From assembly GCA_041690135.1 (NCBI GenBank), contig JAWLHY010000006.1, forward strand, positions 294,337 through 358,336: a DNA stretch of 64,000 nt, read 5' to 3'. The position numbers and the translations under genes were made by a program. The DNA comes from Armatimonadota bacterium. GTDB taxonomy: Bacteria > Armatimonadota > SYMT01. Numbering within the stretch: the first letter of the stretch is position 1; each line of letters opens with the position of its first letter. This document shows, in pieces, positions 32,088-41,575 of the stretch. Under the pieces are notes generated by a model that did not search any database, was not told the DNA's origin, and worked only from the letters and a program-made list of their open reading frames with translations.

Positions 32088-33155
32088 TCAAGCCCTCCGC
32101 GCCGCGGCGCACCAGTTGAAATAGAGGCGCCAGTGACGGTCGTAGGTCACCCAGGCCCACGGAACACCGTCCCGCTCTTCCCGGATCGAAAAGCCGCGCC
32201 GTTCCATGGCAGAGCGAACCGCCTCGCGTGGATCCCCGGGAGGCGCCTCCCCTTCCGGAAAGAAGAAAGGATCGGAGAGCAGGAGCCACCCCCCGCTCCG
32301 CACCACACGCGCGGCATCGTCGAGGGGAGCGTCGATCCCGGCGATATCAATGATGTTACTGCTCGTGACGGTGTCGAAGAGGCCCGATGCAAAGGGCATC
32401 CGGCAGCAGTCTCCCACCACGAACTCCACATTACGAGCCGGCGGGAGGGTCAGCGGCCGCAGCGTCTGTTGTCCGCGCCGTGTAGTGAGATAGTATGTCC
32501 GCTCCGGCTCCGGGCGATGCAGCACGGCGCGCCGGGCAAGCAATATGGCCAGGAACGACCGGTCCACCCCGAAAACCAGGGGGTAGTGCCGCGCCAGGCG
32601 GGCGACCAGACCGCCACCTCCGCAACCGGCATCCAGCGCAAGGTTCCGCTGCGCGGGCAGCCGGCCGGACCACTCGGCCAGAACGTTGTAGGGATTCACG
32701 CCCCGCAGGCGTTCCAGCCAACCGGCGAACTCACCGTAGATGGCTTCCGGCTGGTCGGTCATTGCCAGGGCCACGTCCCAGGGATCCTCAAACTGCTGGG
32801 AGAATCGGAAATCGGCGCCGTAGTCTTCCTGGCCCGGCCGTCCGCCGCGCCGGCTCAACCAGTTCCGACCCGCCGCGGAAAGCCAGCCGTGTCGCCCCAG
32901 GTCCCGCTGCATAGCCCCGTAATACTTCCGGACGTAATCTTCCGGCCCGGGTACCAGGATCGCCACCCCGGCCAGGATGGGATACTCCGCCCCGCAACGC
33001 GCGCAGGCGAGGCCGCCTTCCAGAATCTCACCGGCATCTCCGTCAACCGTGCGCTGGGGTAATCCCGCCAGGGGTGCGAGCGCCAGGCTTCCGGAGCAAC
33101 TGTCGGAGGATCCGATAGCCGGGCATGCAAGTAAGGGAACGATGGAGGTTTGCAT
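32088..33155 (-). CDS. Class I SAM-dependent methyltransferase with N-terminal Trm112-like Zn module
   Basis: LLACP...ILEGGLACARCGAEYPILAGV, LDAGCGGG, GVDRS and FVVGDCCRMPFASGLFD motifs. Confidence 0.85.
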   Translation of the reverse strand: MQTSIVPLLACPAIGSSDSCSGSLALAPLAGLPQRTVDGDAGEILEGGLACARCGAEYPILAGVAILVPGPEDYVRKYYGAMQRDLGRHGWLSAAGRNWLSRRGGRPGQEDYGADFRFSQQFEDPWDVALAMTDQPEAIYGEFAGWLERLRGVNPYNVLAEWSGRLPAQRNLALDAGCGGGGLVARLARHYPLVFGVDRSFLAILLARRAVLHRPEPERTYYLTTRRGQQTLRPLTLPPARNVEFVVGDCCRMPFASGLFDTVTSSNIIDIAGIDAPLDDAARVVRSGGWLLLSDPFFFPEGEAPPGDPREAVRSAMERRGFSIREERDGVPWAWVTYDRHWRLYFNWCAAARRA

Positions 33156-33177
33156 CGTTCTGGAGTATATCATCAGG

Positions 33178-33206
33178 TTGACGCGCGGCTTGAGGAAGGA
33201 TAAGAT
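33178..33206 (+). promoter_or_regulatory. Putative sigma-70 promoter for the small ORF and GNAT gene
   Basis: TTGACG-17 bp-TAAGAT. A divergent TATACT at 33164-33169 lies 8 nt before the methyltransferase ATG. Confidence 0.55.
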
Positions 33207-33274
33207 GGCCTCGCGCGCAAACGAGGAGTTGCGGCTCCGCGCAGTCTCCCCGCACTCCGCCGTAGTGAGAAACC

Positions 33275-33439
33275 ATGGACCAGCAGGGAAACAAGGGTAT
33301 CTGGAGCATTCTTCGCAAGAAGAACCGGAAAGAGTTGGACAAGGTCCAGCGCGACCTGGTGATGGGCCGCCATGAGCAGCGGGAGTACGCCGGCGATCCT
33401 CGGCAGCCCCAGCACCAGTGGGTGAAACTCAAGAAGTAA
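33275..33439 (+). CDS. Small basic hypothetical protein (54 aa), absent from the ORF track
   Basis: MDQQGNKGIWSILRKKNRKELDKVQRDLVMGRHEQREYAGDPRQPQHQWVKLKK*. High GC3 and a promoter-like motif upstream. Confidence 0.6.
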   Translation: MDQQGNKGIWSILRKKNRKELDKVQRDLVMGRHEQREYAGDPRQPQHQWVKLKK

Positions 33440-33498
33440 CCCTTTCAACCCTTTCCATCCATCCGGAACATTGCCCGACCGGAACAGAGGAACGCCGC

Positions 33499-33978
33499 GT
33501 GGAGGAGATCCGCTTTCGCCCCGCCACCTCGCACGAGGACCGAAGCTTCTTCCGGGAAATGGAATTCCTCACCACCTGGGAGAGCCTCGATCCGGTGGAT
33601 CGCGAGCGCCTGACGCGAGCAGAAGTGCGGGAGGCACTCGACCTCACCCACGAGATCTTGTTGGAGCGCCCCGGCAACCGGATCGTCATTGCTGAAAACG
33701 CGGCGGGCGAGCGAGTGGGCCTCCTCTGGTTCGGAATCAATCGCAACGTGATTTCGGGCGAGGAAGAGGCCTGGGTGTACAACGTGAGCGTTGTTCCGGG
33801 GCAGCAGGGCCGCGGAATCGGCCGGATGCTCATGGCTCATGCAGAGGAGCTGGCCCGGAGCGGTGGATTCCGCTCCGTGGGGCTTATGGTCTCCAACCAC
33901 AACTCTCCCGCCATTGGTCTCTATCAGAAGCTCGCCTTCCGCACCACGAACCTCGTGATGCGGAAAACGCTACCCTGA
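33499..33978 (+). CDS. GNAT family N-acetyltransferase
   Basis: VYNVSVVPGQQGRGIGRMLM and NSPAIGLYQKLAF motifs. GTG start with GAGGA RBS. Confidence 0.9.
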   Translation: MEEIRFRPATSHEDRSFFREMEFLTTWESLDPVDRERLTRAEVREALDLTHEILLERPGNRIVIAENAAGERVGLLWFGINRNVISGEEEAWVYNVSVVPGQQGRGIGRMLMAHAEELARSGGFRSVGLMVSNHNSPAIGLYQKLAFRTTNLVMRKTLP

Positions 33979-35382
33979 CGAAAGCTCCCCGGCGAAACGG
34001 AATTCCCGGTCTCCGAAGCGGACCGTGTCTCCCACCTGCAGCTCGCGGTGCTGCTTGATGCGGCGCCCGTTCACATAGGTACCGTTCCGGCTTCCTTCGT
34101 CCACCAGCAGGTAAACCCCGGCGCCCGCTTCGATCCGGGCATGCACGCGGGACACCTGTCCGCTGTCCAGCACCAGGTCGCATTCTTCGCCCCTTCCCAC
34201 GCGGGTGCAGCCTTCCTTCACCCACAACGGCAGCAGGTCCAGGCGTGGGTTCGAGTCCTGAATGGGGAGTTGGCGTCCACGCTGTCCGAGCCAGATGAAG
34301 AGCACCGCCCCGCCCAACCCCAGCCCCACAATTACCAGGAGCACACCGCCGATGACCCGCGGGTCCTGGCTCCGGGTCCCGGCAGTGGACCCGCTTACCG
34401 CAGGCGCTTCCGGGTTATTGGGCACCGTGACCAGCAGGCTCCCCTGCCCCGGAGCCTGGTACCAGGTTTCCCCCACCAGCGGAGTGCCGGCGAGTGCCAC
34501 GCTCACATTGCGCCGGGTCGCGTCCGCGGTGGGAACGGGCGTTCGGAACCGGATGCGATATTCGCGGCGGAGTTCCTGCGCCAGGGCAACGTAGAGGCGC
34601 TGCAGGTCAGCGGGGCCGGGAGCGCGCAGGTAGAGGCCGCCCGTTTCCTGCGCCAGGTGTTCCAGGCCGGCCGTGGCCGCATCCTCTCCCAGGGCTACGG
34701 TGCACAGCGCCACGCCTTGCGAGCGCGCATAGCGGATCACCTGGGCCGCGGAGATTCGGCTGCCGTTATCATTGCCGTCGGTCAGGGCCAGAACGATACG
34801 CCGAGAGTCGGGACGCGCGGGCCCGGCAGCCAACACGCTCCCGCCGCGAGTCTCCCGGAGGGAAACCTGTGTCACGGCCCAGTAGAGGGAGTCGAGGAAC
34901 GCGGTCGTCTCACCGCGGGTCGCCGTGCGGTCCACTGCCTGGAAGAGCGCCTGCTTTTGCTGCGTGAGCGGCTGTTCCAGCGTGCTCCGGTCCGAAAAAC
35001 TCACCAGCGCCGCCCGATCATCCGGAGCCAGTTGCTGGAGGAAATCACGCGCCGCCAGCCGTGCAAAGTCCAGCTTATTCTGCGCCAACATGCTGGGACT
35101 ACAGTCGATCACCAGGCAGACGTCAAGGGTCCCCCCTTCCCCGTCCACCTCGAGGACGCGGGCGGGCTGGCCGTTCTCCGTTACCCGGAACGACCCCGCA
35201 TGGAGCCCCCCCATCAGCAGTCCGCGGTCGTCGGTCGGGTACGCGTAGAGCACGACCTCGGGGAAGCGCGCGGCATTCGGCTGCCCCAGGCGCACCCCCG
35301 CTCCCGACGACAACTGCGCCCGCGCCGGCGCCGCCGCACACAGCACAGCGCCCAGAAGCCAACCCAGGAATGCACGGTTCAT
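33970..35382 (-). CDS. VWA domain protein with TM segment and C-terminal FHA domain
   Basis: MIDAS motif DCSPSM, LTDGND, TM helix, and FHA RVGRGEECDL...VSRVHA...GSRNGTYVNG. Confidence 0.9.
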   Translation of the reverse strand: MNRAFLGWLLGAVLCAAAPARAQLSSGAGVRLGQPNAARFPEVVLYAYPTDDRGLLMGGLHAGSFRVTENGQPARVLEVDGEGGTLDVCLVIDCSPSMLAQNKLDFARLAARDFLQQLAPDDRAALVSFSDRSTLEQPLTQQKQALFQAVDRTATRGETTAFLDSLYWAVTQVSLRETRGGSVLAAGPARPDSRRIVLALTDGNDNGSRISAAQVIRYARSQGVALCTVALGEDAATAGLEHLAQETGGLYLRAPGPADLQRLYVALAQELRREYRIRFRTPVPTADATRRNVSVALAGTPLVGETWYQAPGQGSLLVTVPNNPEAPAVSGSTAGTRSQDPRVIGGVLLVIVGLGLGGAVLFIWLGQRGRQLPIQDSNPRLDLLPLWVKEGCTRVGRGEECDLVLDSGQVSRVHARIEAGAGVYLLVDEGSRNGTYVNGRRIKQHRELQVGDTVRFGDREFRFAGELSSG

Positions 35383-35588
35383 CGCTTATTAGTCGGTTCA
35401 GTTCGCCCAACAGTTCCGGTTGCCCAGTGAGCTGTTTCACATGGGGGGCGTCTCCTAAACCACTGCGGGCAAGGCAGGCTTATTGCTATCGTTAGGCAAG
35501 CCTGCAGAGCGGGGGCCCTTCCACCAATCCTCTGGACGGAGAGCCACCTGCTTGCAGTGCGAAACTCCGCCGGTTCGAGGAAACGACC

Positions 35589-36437
35589 ATGCCAACACTC
35601 ACCGCAGCCACCTATCCCAGCCCCGCGGCGGTCCGCCTTCAGACCCCTGAAGTCCCGCTGGCGGACAAGCGGTTCCTGCGCCGCGCGGAGGAGGCCGAAC
35701 TGATCCGCCGCGCCAAGCAGGGAGATCGACGGGCGCAGGAGCGCCTCATCGACGCCAACCTCCGCCTGATCTACCGGATCGCCCGCCGCTACCGCTGCCG
35801 CAGTTACTCCCAGGAGGACCTGGTGCAGGAGGGGGTGGTCGGTTTGATGCTGGCCATGGAACGATGGGATGCGGACCGCGGCTGTCGCCTCAGCACGTAC
35901 GCGGTGCACTGGATCCGGCAGGCGATTGCCCGGGCCGTGGAGCAGAATGACCGCCTGATCCATGTTCCGCTCCAGGCTTCCGTCGACCTGCGGCGCCTCC
36001 TGCGCCTGCGGGATGAACTGGAGCGGAGCCTCGGCAGGACCCCCACCGAAGAACAGTTGGCGGAGGCGACCGGACTTTCGGAAGATCGCGTGCGCCAACT
36101 GCTGGCGACCGCCGAAGACGCCATCAGCCTGGAAGCCGCCGTCGGCTGCGATGAAGATACTTCGCTGATGGAATTGGCGGAAGACCCGGATGCGATCAAC
36201 CCCGAACAAGATGCTTTGCTGGGGGAATACCGCTCCCAGCTCCGGCAACTGGTCGGCACGCTCCGCCCCCGCGAACGACAGGTGGTGGTGGAACGCTTCG
36301 GCTTCGACGGGCGGCATCCACAAACGTTGGAAGAGATCAGCCGGCAGCTTCAAGTTTCGCGCGAACGGGTCCGGCAAATCGAAGCGCGGGCGATCCAAAA
36401 GCTGCGGCACGCGCTCAAGGCACAACAGTGGGATTGA
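35589..36437 (+). CDS. Sigma-70 family RNA polymerase sigma factor (RpoD-like alternative, lacks region 1.1)
   Basis: ANLRLI..IARRY, DLVQEG..GLM.A.ERWD, STYAVHWIRQAI and TLEEI...VSRERVRQIEARA motifs. Confidence 0.93.
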   Translation: MPTLTAATYPSPAAVRLQTPEVPLADKRFLRRAEEAELIRRAKQGDRRAQERLIDANLRLIYRIARRYRCRSYSQEDLVQEGVVGLMLAMERWDADRGCRLSTYAVHWIRQAIARAVEQNDRLIHVPLQASVDLRRLLRLRDELERSLGRTPTEEQLAEATGLSEDRVRQLLATAEDAISLEAAVGCDEDTSLMELAEDPDAINPEQDALLGEYRSQLRQLVGTLRPRERQVVVERFGFDGRHPQTLEEISRQLQVSRERVRQIEARAIQKLRHALKAQQWD

Positions 36438-38670
36438 TCTCGCGCCGCCAACCACTGTGCAGGCTCACCAGGTCGTCGATGGTCGGAATGACGGTCGGTT
36501 CCAGGATGATGACGCTGCTCTGATAGACCCCCTTCTGGCGACGGCCTTGCTTGAAAGGCGCGATGGGGATGTCCTTGAGAAGGTCTTTGATCAGCGGTGT
36601 CTTACGGAGAATCGGGATCCCGCCGGTCGACTCGTAGTAGCTGATATTGCTCGCCAGCGTGGAAAGCACCATCGGCTCATAGGCCAGCACGGTGACCGTG
36701 GCATTGTTGATGCTGTGGTTGGTGACGCGGTCGGCGATCTTGCTCGATTCCGGCTGCAAGGTCTGGTTGGCGGTAAGCGTCAACGACACCGTACTGGCGT
36801 CGAAGCCGATCGTCGGATTCGCCGAGAGATTGATCCCGGCCTGGACGGGCACCGCCTGCCCACCGGCCAACAGCGCCTTGATGATCGCCTCGCCGCCGAT
36901 TCCGTACTGTTGCTGCAGCATCTGGAACGTATTCGCCGCCTGCCCGGCCTGCTGCACCCGCTCCAGGAGGCTCAGGTTGGAGGGCAGCTTCGCCTGGACC
37001 TGCGCGGAGACCGAGTTGGTGGTTCCCGGGGCGAACTGCAGGCTGACACTGTTGGACACGAACACGTTCACACCCGTGTCCGCCAGCAGGAGGTCCCGGG
37101 CGATATCCGCCACATCGTCAATGCCCGTCGCGGAGAGGATATCCCGGCTGGAAGTCTTCCCGAGTTGCTTGTTGGCCAGGAGTCGCAACTGGTCCACATA
37201 ACGATTGTAGAACTGCTGCTCCAGCGCTCGTGCCAGAGCCTCGCTGGCCCGGCGCAGCCACAGGTTCAGGTTCGCCTCAAGGGCTTGTAGCTTCTCGTAG
37301 TTGACCTCGGGCGGCGGCTCCGTTCCCTTCACCAGCAGCAAGCGGTCAACTTTCAAACGCTCCTCGTTGTACTCGCGGAACATGTCGATCAACTGTTCCG
37401 GCGTGGGAGCCGAATCGTCAGCCGCGGCCACCACCGCTTCGAACAACGCCAGGGGCAAGGGCACCAACTCGTCCGCAAGGGATTTGAGCGCCAGCAACTG
37501 TTGGCCGACATAACTTTCCGGAAGCTTTCGCTTCTTTCCCTTGTCGCGCTCCGCGAGACCCCGGGCCAATGCCGCCTCGAGCTGTTCCGCCCGCTGGAGA
37601 GCCTGTCGGAAGCGGCGATCCAATTCCCGCAAGCTCTCTTCCATGTGTTTGCGGATCAGGTTGGGGTACAGGCGTTCGGTCAGATGCAGGGAGCGTCGTA
37701 GCCGCAACCGAATCCAGGAAGGGAGTGGGCAGTCCGGAAGCTCCAGAGCTTCCAGGAATCCGCCTACGGCGATCCCGTTCTCGCGATCCAGCTCGCGGGC
37801 GTAGTGAGCACACCAATCACTGGCCCGCGCAACGGCCGCCTTCCAGGTCTCCAGTTCCTCCGCGATCTCATCCACGATCGCCGCGTCGTCCTGGAGCGGA
37901 TCGCGAACCGACTCCCCCAGCACTTTCGGAAGCGCCAGGAGCGCGGCTTCCGTCTCGGATCCTGACCCCGCCGTCCCCTCGCCGGCCGGCGGGGGCAATG
38001 CCGGCGAGGACTGGTCCAGCATCAACAGAAGCAGAATCTCGGGAACGGTCAGCGGTCGGTCACCCGCCGCGAGCGAAGGCAGCAGGCGACGAACTTCCTG
38101 ATAGACCGCGAGTTGGGGGCCCTCGCGCTGCCGGAGTCGCTCCGTGAGGTAAGCTTCGAGATCGGCAAACGCGCGAACGACTTGTGCCCGCTGGGTATTG
38201 ACTAGGGTCCGCACCGCTTCCGTCATCTGGATCACATCGGCATTGGCGGGACCGGTGAGCTGCACTACGCGGAGATTAAGTTGCAGATGCGCGCGTGGAC
38301 GTTCAAACAGGAACGCCATCAACTGGATGTTGCCGATCTCCTCGTCCACCCACTCCCGGTCCCCCACGACCAGCAGGTGATTACCCCCAAGGAGAAAGGA
38401 GATTTCATCATACCGCGGCTGCTTCGGGTCTCCACCCGGCAACTGGAATCGGAAGAGCCCTCCGGACTTCAGCGAGTCGAGGTGGGATTTGAACTGCGCG
38501 ACCGACTGCGGATCCTTCATCACGACCCGGCGCACTACCGAACGGGGACGAGCGGCTGCGGTGGCTTCCGGAGACTGGGCTCCCGCCGGCAAGCAGAGCA
38601 GCGCCCCAAGGACCAACAGCCATCCGATCAGGGCCGGACGGCCCGGTTGAACGGGCGGAATGAGCGACAT
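36415..38670 (-). CDS. Atypical secretin-like outer-membrane protein with large helical insertion
   Basis: Signal peptide and N3-like NHLLVVGD...ERPRAHLQLNLRVVQL. The C-terminus GIPILRKTPLIKDLL...SSVIILEPTVI resembles the secretin C-terminal motif. Confidence 0.6.
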   Translation of the reverse strand: MSLIPPVQPGRPALIGWLLVLGALLCLPAGAQSPEATAAARPRSVVRRVVMKDPQSVAQFKSHLDSLKSGGLFRFQLPGGDPKQPRYDEISFLLGGNHLLVVGDREWVDEEIGNIQLMAFLFERPRAHLQLNLRVVQLTGPANADVIQMTEAVRTLVNTQRAQVVRAFADLEAYLTERLRQREGPQLAVYQEVRRLLPSLAAGDRPLTVPEILLLLMLDQSSPALPPPAGEGTAGSGSETEAALLALPKVLGESVRDPLQDDAAIVDEIAEELETWKAAVARASDWCAHYARELDRENGIAVGGFLEALELPDCPLPSWIRLRLRRSLHLTERLYPNLIRKHMEESLRELDRRFRQALQRAEQLEAALARGLAERDKGKKRKLPESYVGQQLLALKSLADELVPLPLALFEAVVAAADDSAPTPEQLIDMFREYNEERLKVDRLLLVKGTEPPPEVNYEKLQALEANLNLWLRRASEALARALEQQFYNRYVDQLRLLANKQLGKTSSRDILSATGIDDVADIARDLLLADTGVNVFVSNSVSLQFAPGTTNSVSAQVQAKLPSNLSLLERVQQAGQAANTFQMLQQQYGIGGEAIIKALLAGGQAVPVQAGINLSANPTIGFDASTVSLTLTANQTLQPESSKIADRVTNHSINNATVTVLAYEPMVLSTLASNISYYESTGGIPILRKTPLIKDLLKDIPIAPFKQGRRQKGVYQSSVIILEPTVIPTIDDLVSLHSGWRREINPTVVP

Positions 38671-39106
38671 GACAGACGTGGGACCCTTCAAGACCCACAC
38701 ATTTGTCCCCAGAACCGCCGGTACTTATGATTACTAGATGCAGAGTTTCCGTTGAGCGCTCGCACCAGGAGTGGCCGGAAAGCAAGCCGGGATGCGCTTC
38801 CACCCGCGGAAAGTACCTTTCGCACCGTATGGGCACGTCCGAATGGGCAAATTGCTGCTTGTTTGTTGGCTGTGAGACGGCAAGCGGTGGTCCCAACTGC
38901 TAAGCTGGGGAAGGGATACCGTAGTCAGCCATTGGTAGACCGGGTATCCTGCCGTGGAATGATTACGGGGGAATAGACCTGTGCCGGAAGAAGGATACAG
39001 GCGACCAGCCGGCCGACTATGCGTACTGAGGGAAGAACCTGTCCCTCGGATGAGGCACAAGCGACCCAATGGCCGGCGGCCCCGCCAACTATGGGAGTAT
39101 GGAACA

Positions 39107-39934
39107 ATGCGGCGTGGATTTACATTGCTCGAACTATTGGTGGTGATCGGCATCATCGCCGTCCTCGCCGCCCTTCTGTTCCCCGTGTTCGCCTCCGCCC
39201 GGGAGCATGCGCGACGATCGACCTGCCTGTCAAACCTGAAGCAGGTGGGCACTGCCGTCCAGATGTACACGATGGACGCGGACGACGTGTTGCCCGTTCC
39301 GATGGTCCGTGCGCCGCGTTCGTCCTGGGCGGGACAACTCCAGCCTTACATGAAGAGCTGGTCGCTCCTCCGGTGCCCGAACATGGTCGACGCCACCATC
39401 GCAGGCCAGAGCATCTGGTCCGGGGCCTACGCCACCACCCAGAACCTCAGTGTCTGGCCCGGTTATGGATGGAATGCGGATTACCTTGCGCCTTCGCTGC
39501 CGGATTGCTCCGACTTCGACAAGCAGGTTCCGGGCGCCGGCCTCCCGGTAAACGACGCCCAGATCAAAAACAGTGCCGGCACGGTGATGTGCGTCGGCAT
39601 CAGCCTCGCACCCGGCCCGGGTTCTTTCGCAAATCGCAATTCGCTCTACCCGGAACGCGGTGGCTACTATTACGCTCCCGCCCCCGCCACTCTCGGCTCG
39701 AAGGACGGCTGCACCTATCCCTATAGCGGTTGGGGAGTCGGCTCTTTTCTCGGACCTTACGGCGGCTTCGACGGCACCCGACACGGCGGTAAGGGATGTG
39801 TGCTTTTCGTAGATGGACACGCGAAAATCATGTCTCCGCAGCAGTTGGCCGCCGGAACGGATTGGTCGTCCCTTCAGCCCAATAATCAGATCAAGGTCAC
39901 CAATCGGTCTCTCTACCTGTGGGATCTAGAATGA
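39107..39934 (+). CDS. Prepilin-type N-terminal cleavage/methylation protein (DUF1559, H-X9-DG)
   Basis: [43 protein letters not shown] and C-terminal [14 protein letters not shown]. Confidence 0.93.
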   Translation: MRRGFTLLELLVVIGIIAVLAALLFPVFASAREHARRSTCLSNLKQVGTAVQMYTMDADDVLPVPMVRAPRSSWAGQLQPYMKSWSLLRCPNMVDATIAGQSIWSGAYATTQNLSVWPGYGWNADYLAPSLPDCSDFDKQVPGAGLPVNDAQIKNSAGTVMCVGISLAPGPGSFANRNSLYPERGGYYYAPAPATLGSKDGCTYPYSGWGVGSFLGPYGGFDGTRHGGKGCVLFVDGHAKIMSPQQLAAGTDWSSLQPNNQIKVTNRSLYLWDLE

Positions 39935-40567
39935 CTTCCGCTCCAGAAGGCGTTCGACTTCGCCCACGGCCAGGGAATCCATGACCGTGTCCGGCTGCAC
40001 GTAGGCCAGGCGGGTCTGGCGGTCCAGGAGGTAGGCGCGCGGCTTCCAGCGAGCGTTCAGCGTCTCGGCCAGGGCTCCATCCGCGTCGAGCACCAGGCGC
40101 ACCTTGCCCGCCTTCTTGCTACACATCTCCGCCACCGGCCCCTCGGCACGCGTGGCCACGCCCACCACTTGTAGATCGGGGTGCTTCTCCTTCAGGGTCA
40201 CCCAGGTGGAAAGCAGGCTCTTGACGGAGCAACTCGTCGCGTCACCCACGAAGAGCAGCACGGTCGGCTTGCCCGGGCGGATCGCCTTCGCGGGTCGGCC
40301 TTCCAGGTCGCGGAGCGGTACGGACGGCAACTCCATGCCGGGGACCGGATCCTTTTCGGCCAGCGCCACGGCCCGGCGCCATTCCACCATGCGGCGCTGC
40401 GGATTGATCGAGGGGCCTTCCCAGCCGCGCTCGGCAAACCACGGGGCAGTACGCAGCCCCACGTAAAAGACCACCTGCAGCGCCAGTACGCTCGCCAGCA
40501 CCGGCACCAGTTTGCCCGGCGCGGCGGGCGCTACTACTTCTCGACTGTTCTCTTGCATGAATGCCAC
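39926..40567 (-). CDS. Membrane-anchored thioredoxin-fold (TlpA/redoxin-like) protein lacking CxxC
   Basis: TM anchor, [27 protein letters not shown] and [23 protein letters not shown] (cis-Pro context). Confidence 0.75.
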   Translation of the reverse strand: MAFMQENSREVVAPAAPGKLVPVLASVLALQVVFYVGLRTAPWFAERGWEGPSINPQRRMVEWRRAVALAEKDPVPGMELPSVPLRDLEGRPAKAIRPGKPTVLLFVGDATSCSVKSLLSTWVTLKEKHPDLQVVGVATRAEGPVAEMCSKKAGKVRLVLDADGALAETLNARWKPRAYLLDRQTRLAYVQPDTVMDSLAVGEVERLLERKSF

Positions 40568-40599
40568 TGACTGGGTCCCTCCAGATTGCTTGCTTTGGG

Positions 40600-41181
40600 T
40601 TACTTCGAGGTGTAGAACGGTTCTTGCGGGTAGACGTGAACGAAGGTGGAGCGCTCCGTGTTCGGCACCGGCACCTGGCGTACCTGCTCTTCGGGCACAC
40701 GCTGAACTGCCCCACTGGCGCGCAGGACCAATCGGAACGGATAACGCGGAGCGGCGCCCGGACCGGACTGTAGGCGCTCCGAGTACTCCTTCTCCTGATG
40801 ATGCTTACAGACGATCAGCACCAGGTTGGGATCGAGATCGTTCGTTTCCCAGTACGGCTTGAAAGCCGGCGGTACGACCGTGCGGAAGGCATAGGATGAG
40901 GCCGCCTTCTCCGGGTGCGGGTCTTCCGGGCACCGAAGCAGCCGGCGGTCCTGTACCGACTTCACAAAGTGGAGAGGGTTGGGATACTGGCCGTAATCCG
41001 AGGCATACATGCTCAGCGCCATGCCGAGCTGGCGGAGGTGCCCGCGGCAACTCGCCATGCGGGCCTGTTTACGCGCCTGCGCAAACACGGGAAGCAGGAT
41101 CCCCACCAGGACGGTGATGATCGCAATCACGAGCAGGAGCTCGATCAACGTGAAGCCAGTGCGTTTCGAATGTTTCTTCAT
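40600..41181 (-). CDS. Prepilin-type N-terminal cleavage/methylation protein
   Basis: GGAG RBS, RTGFTLIELLLVIAIITVLVGILLPVFAQARKQARMASC..HLRQLG and LRCPED motifs. Confidence 0.9.
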   Translation of the reverse strand: MKKHSKRTGFTLIELLLVIAIITVLVGILLPVFAQARKQARMASCRGHLRQLGMALSMYASDYGQYPNPLHFVKSVQDRRLLRCPEDPHPEKAASSYAFRTVVPPAFKPYWETNDLDPNLVLIVCKHHQEKEYSERLQSGPGAAPRYPFRLVLRASGAVQRVPEEQVRQVPVPNTERSTFVHVYPQEPFYTSK

Positions 41182-41190
41182 CGGTTTACT

Positions 41191-41226
41191 CCGGGGCGGG
41201 GCGGTGTGGAACCGCTCCGCCCCCGG
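41191..41226 (-). terminator. Intra-operon GC-rich stem-loop after the Cys-rich peptide gene
   Basis: CCGGGGCGGGGCGGT-GTGGA-ACCGCTCCGCCCCCGG with no long U-tract, so an attenuating or stabilising hairpin. Confidence 0.55.
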
Positions 41227-41232
41227 CAAGTC

Positions 41233-41523
41233 TTACTGGCAGTAGGCGCCCGGGCTGTGGCACTCGAAGCCCTCTCCCAGCGCTTCCGTCATACTCCAAC
41301 CTTCGATGCACCAGAACATCTCGCGCTTGCACGTCCACAGGCGCATGCCGGACTGGTCGAGTTGCTTGCAGCAACTCTCGTCGACGACCGTGTCGGTGTA
41401 CACACAGTCCATGCTGTTGAAATCCGGGCAATAGTTGCCGCCACTGGCCGTAGCCACTCCGCCCGCGAACACTACACCTGCGGCGACGGAAGCCAGAACC
41501 AGGTTCCGAATCCTCTTTCTCAT
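41233..41523 (-). CDS. Secreted 8-cysteine miniprotein (96 aa precursor)
   Basis: AGGAG RBS upstream and Sec signal ending ATA|S. Mature 70 aa with spacing C-x7-C-x10-CC-x12-C-x6-C-x15-C-x6-C. Confidence 0.8.
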   Translation of the reverse strand: MRKRIRNLVLASVAAGVVFAGGVATASGGNYCPDFNSMDCVYTDTVVDESCCKQLDQSGMRLWTCKREMFWCIEGWSMTEALGEGFECHSPGAYCQ

Positions 41524-41575
41524 TTCTTGTTCTCTCCTGACCAAGGGCGGGGAACAGTTTCCCCAGAGTTCCAGC

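Noticed and set aside
38700-39100. c-di-GMP or other riboswitch upstream of the prepilin
   Set aside because: GGGCAAA is present but the GAAA-tetraloop/GACGCAAAGC core is missing, and I recognise no aptamer.
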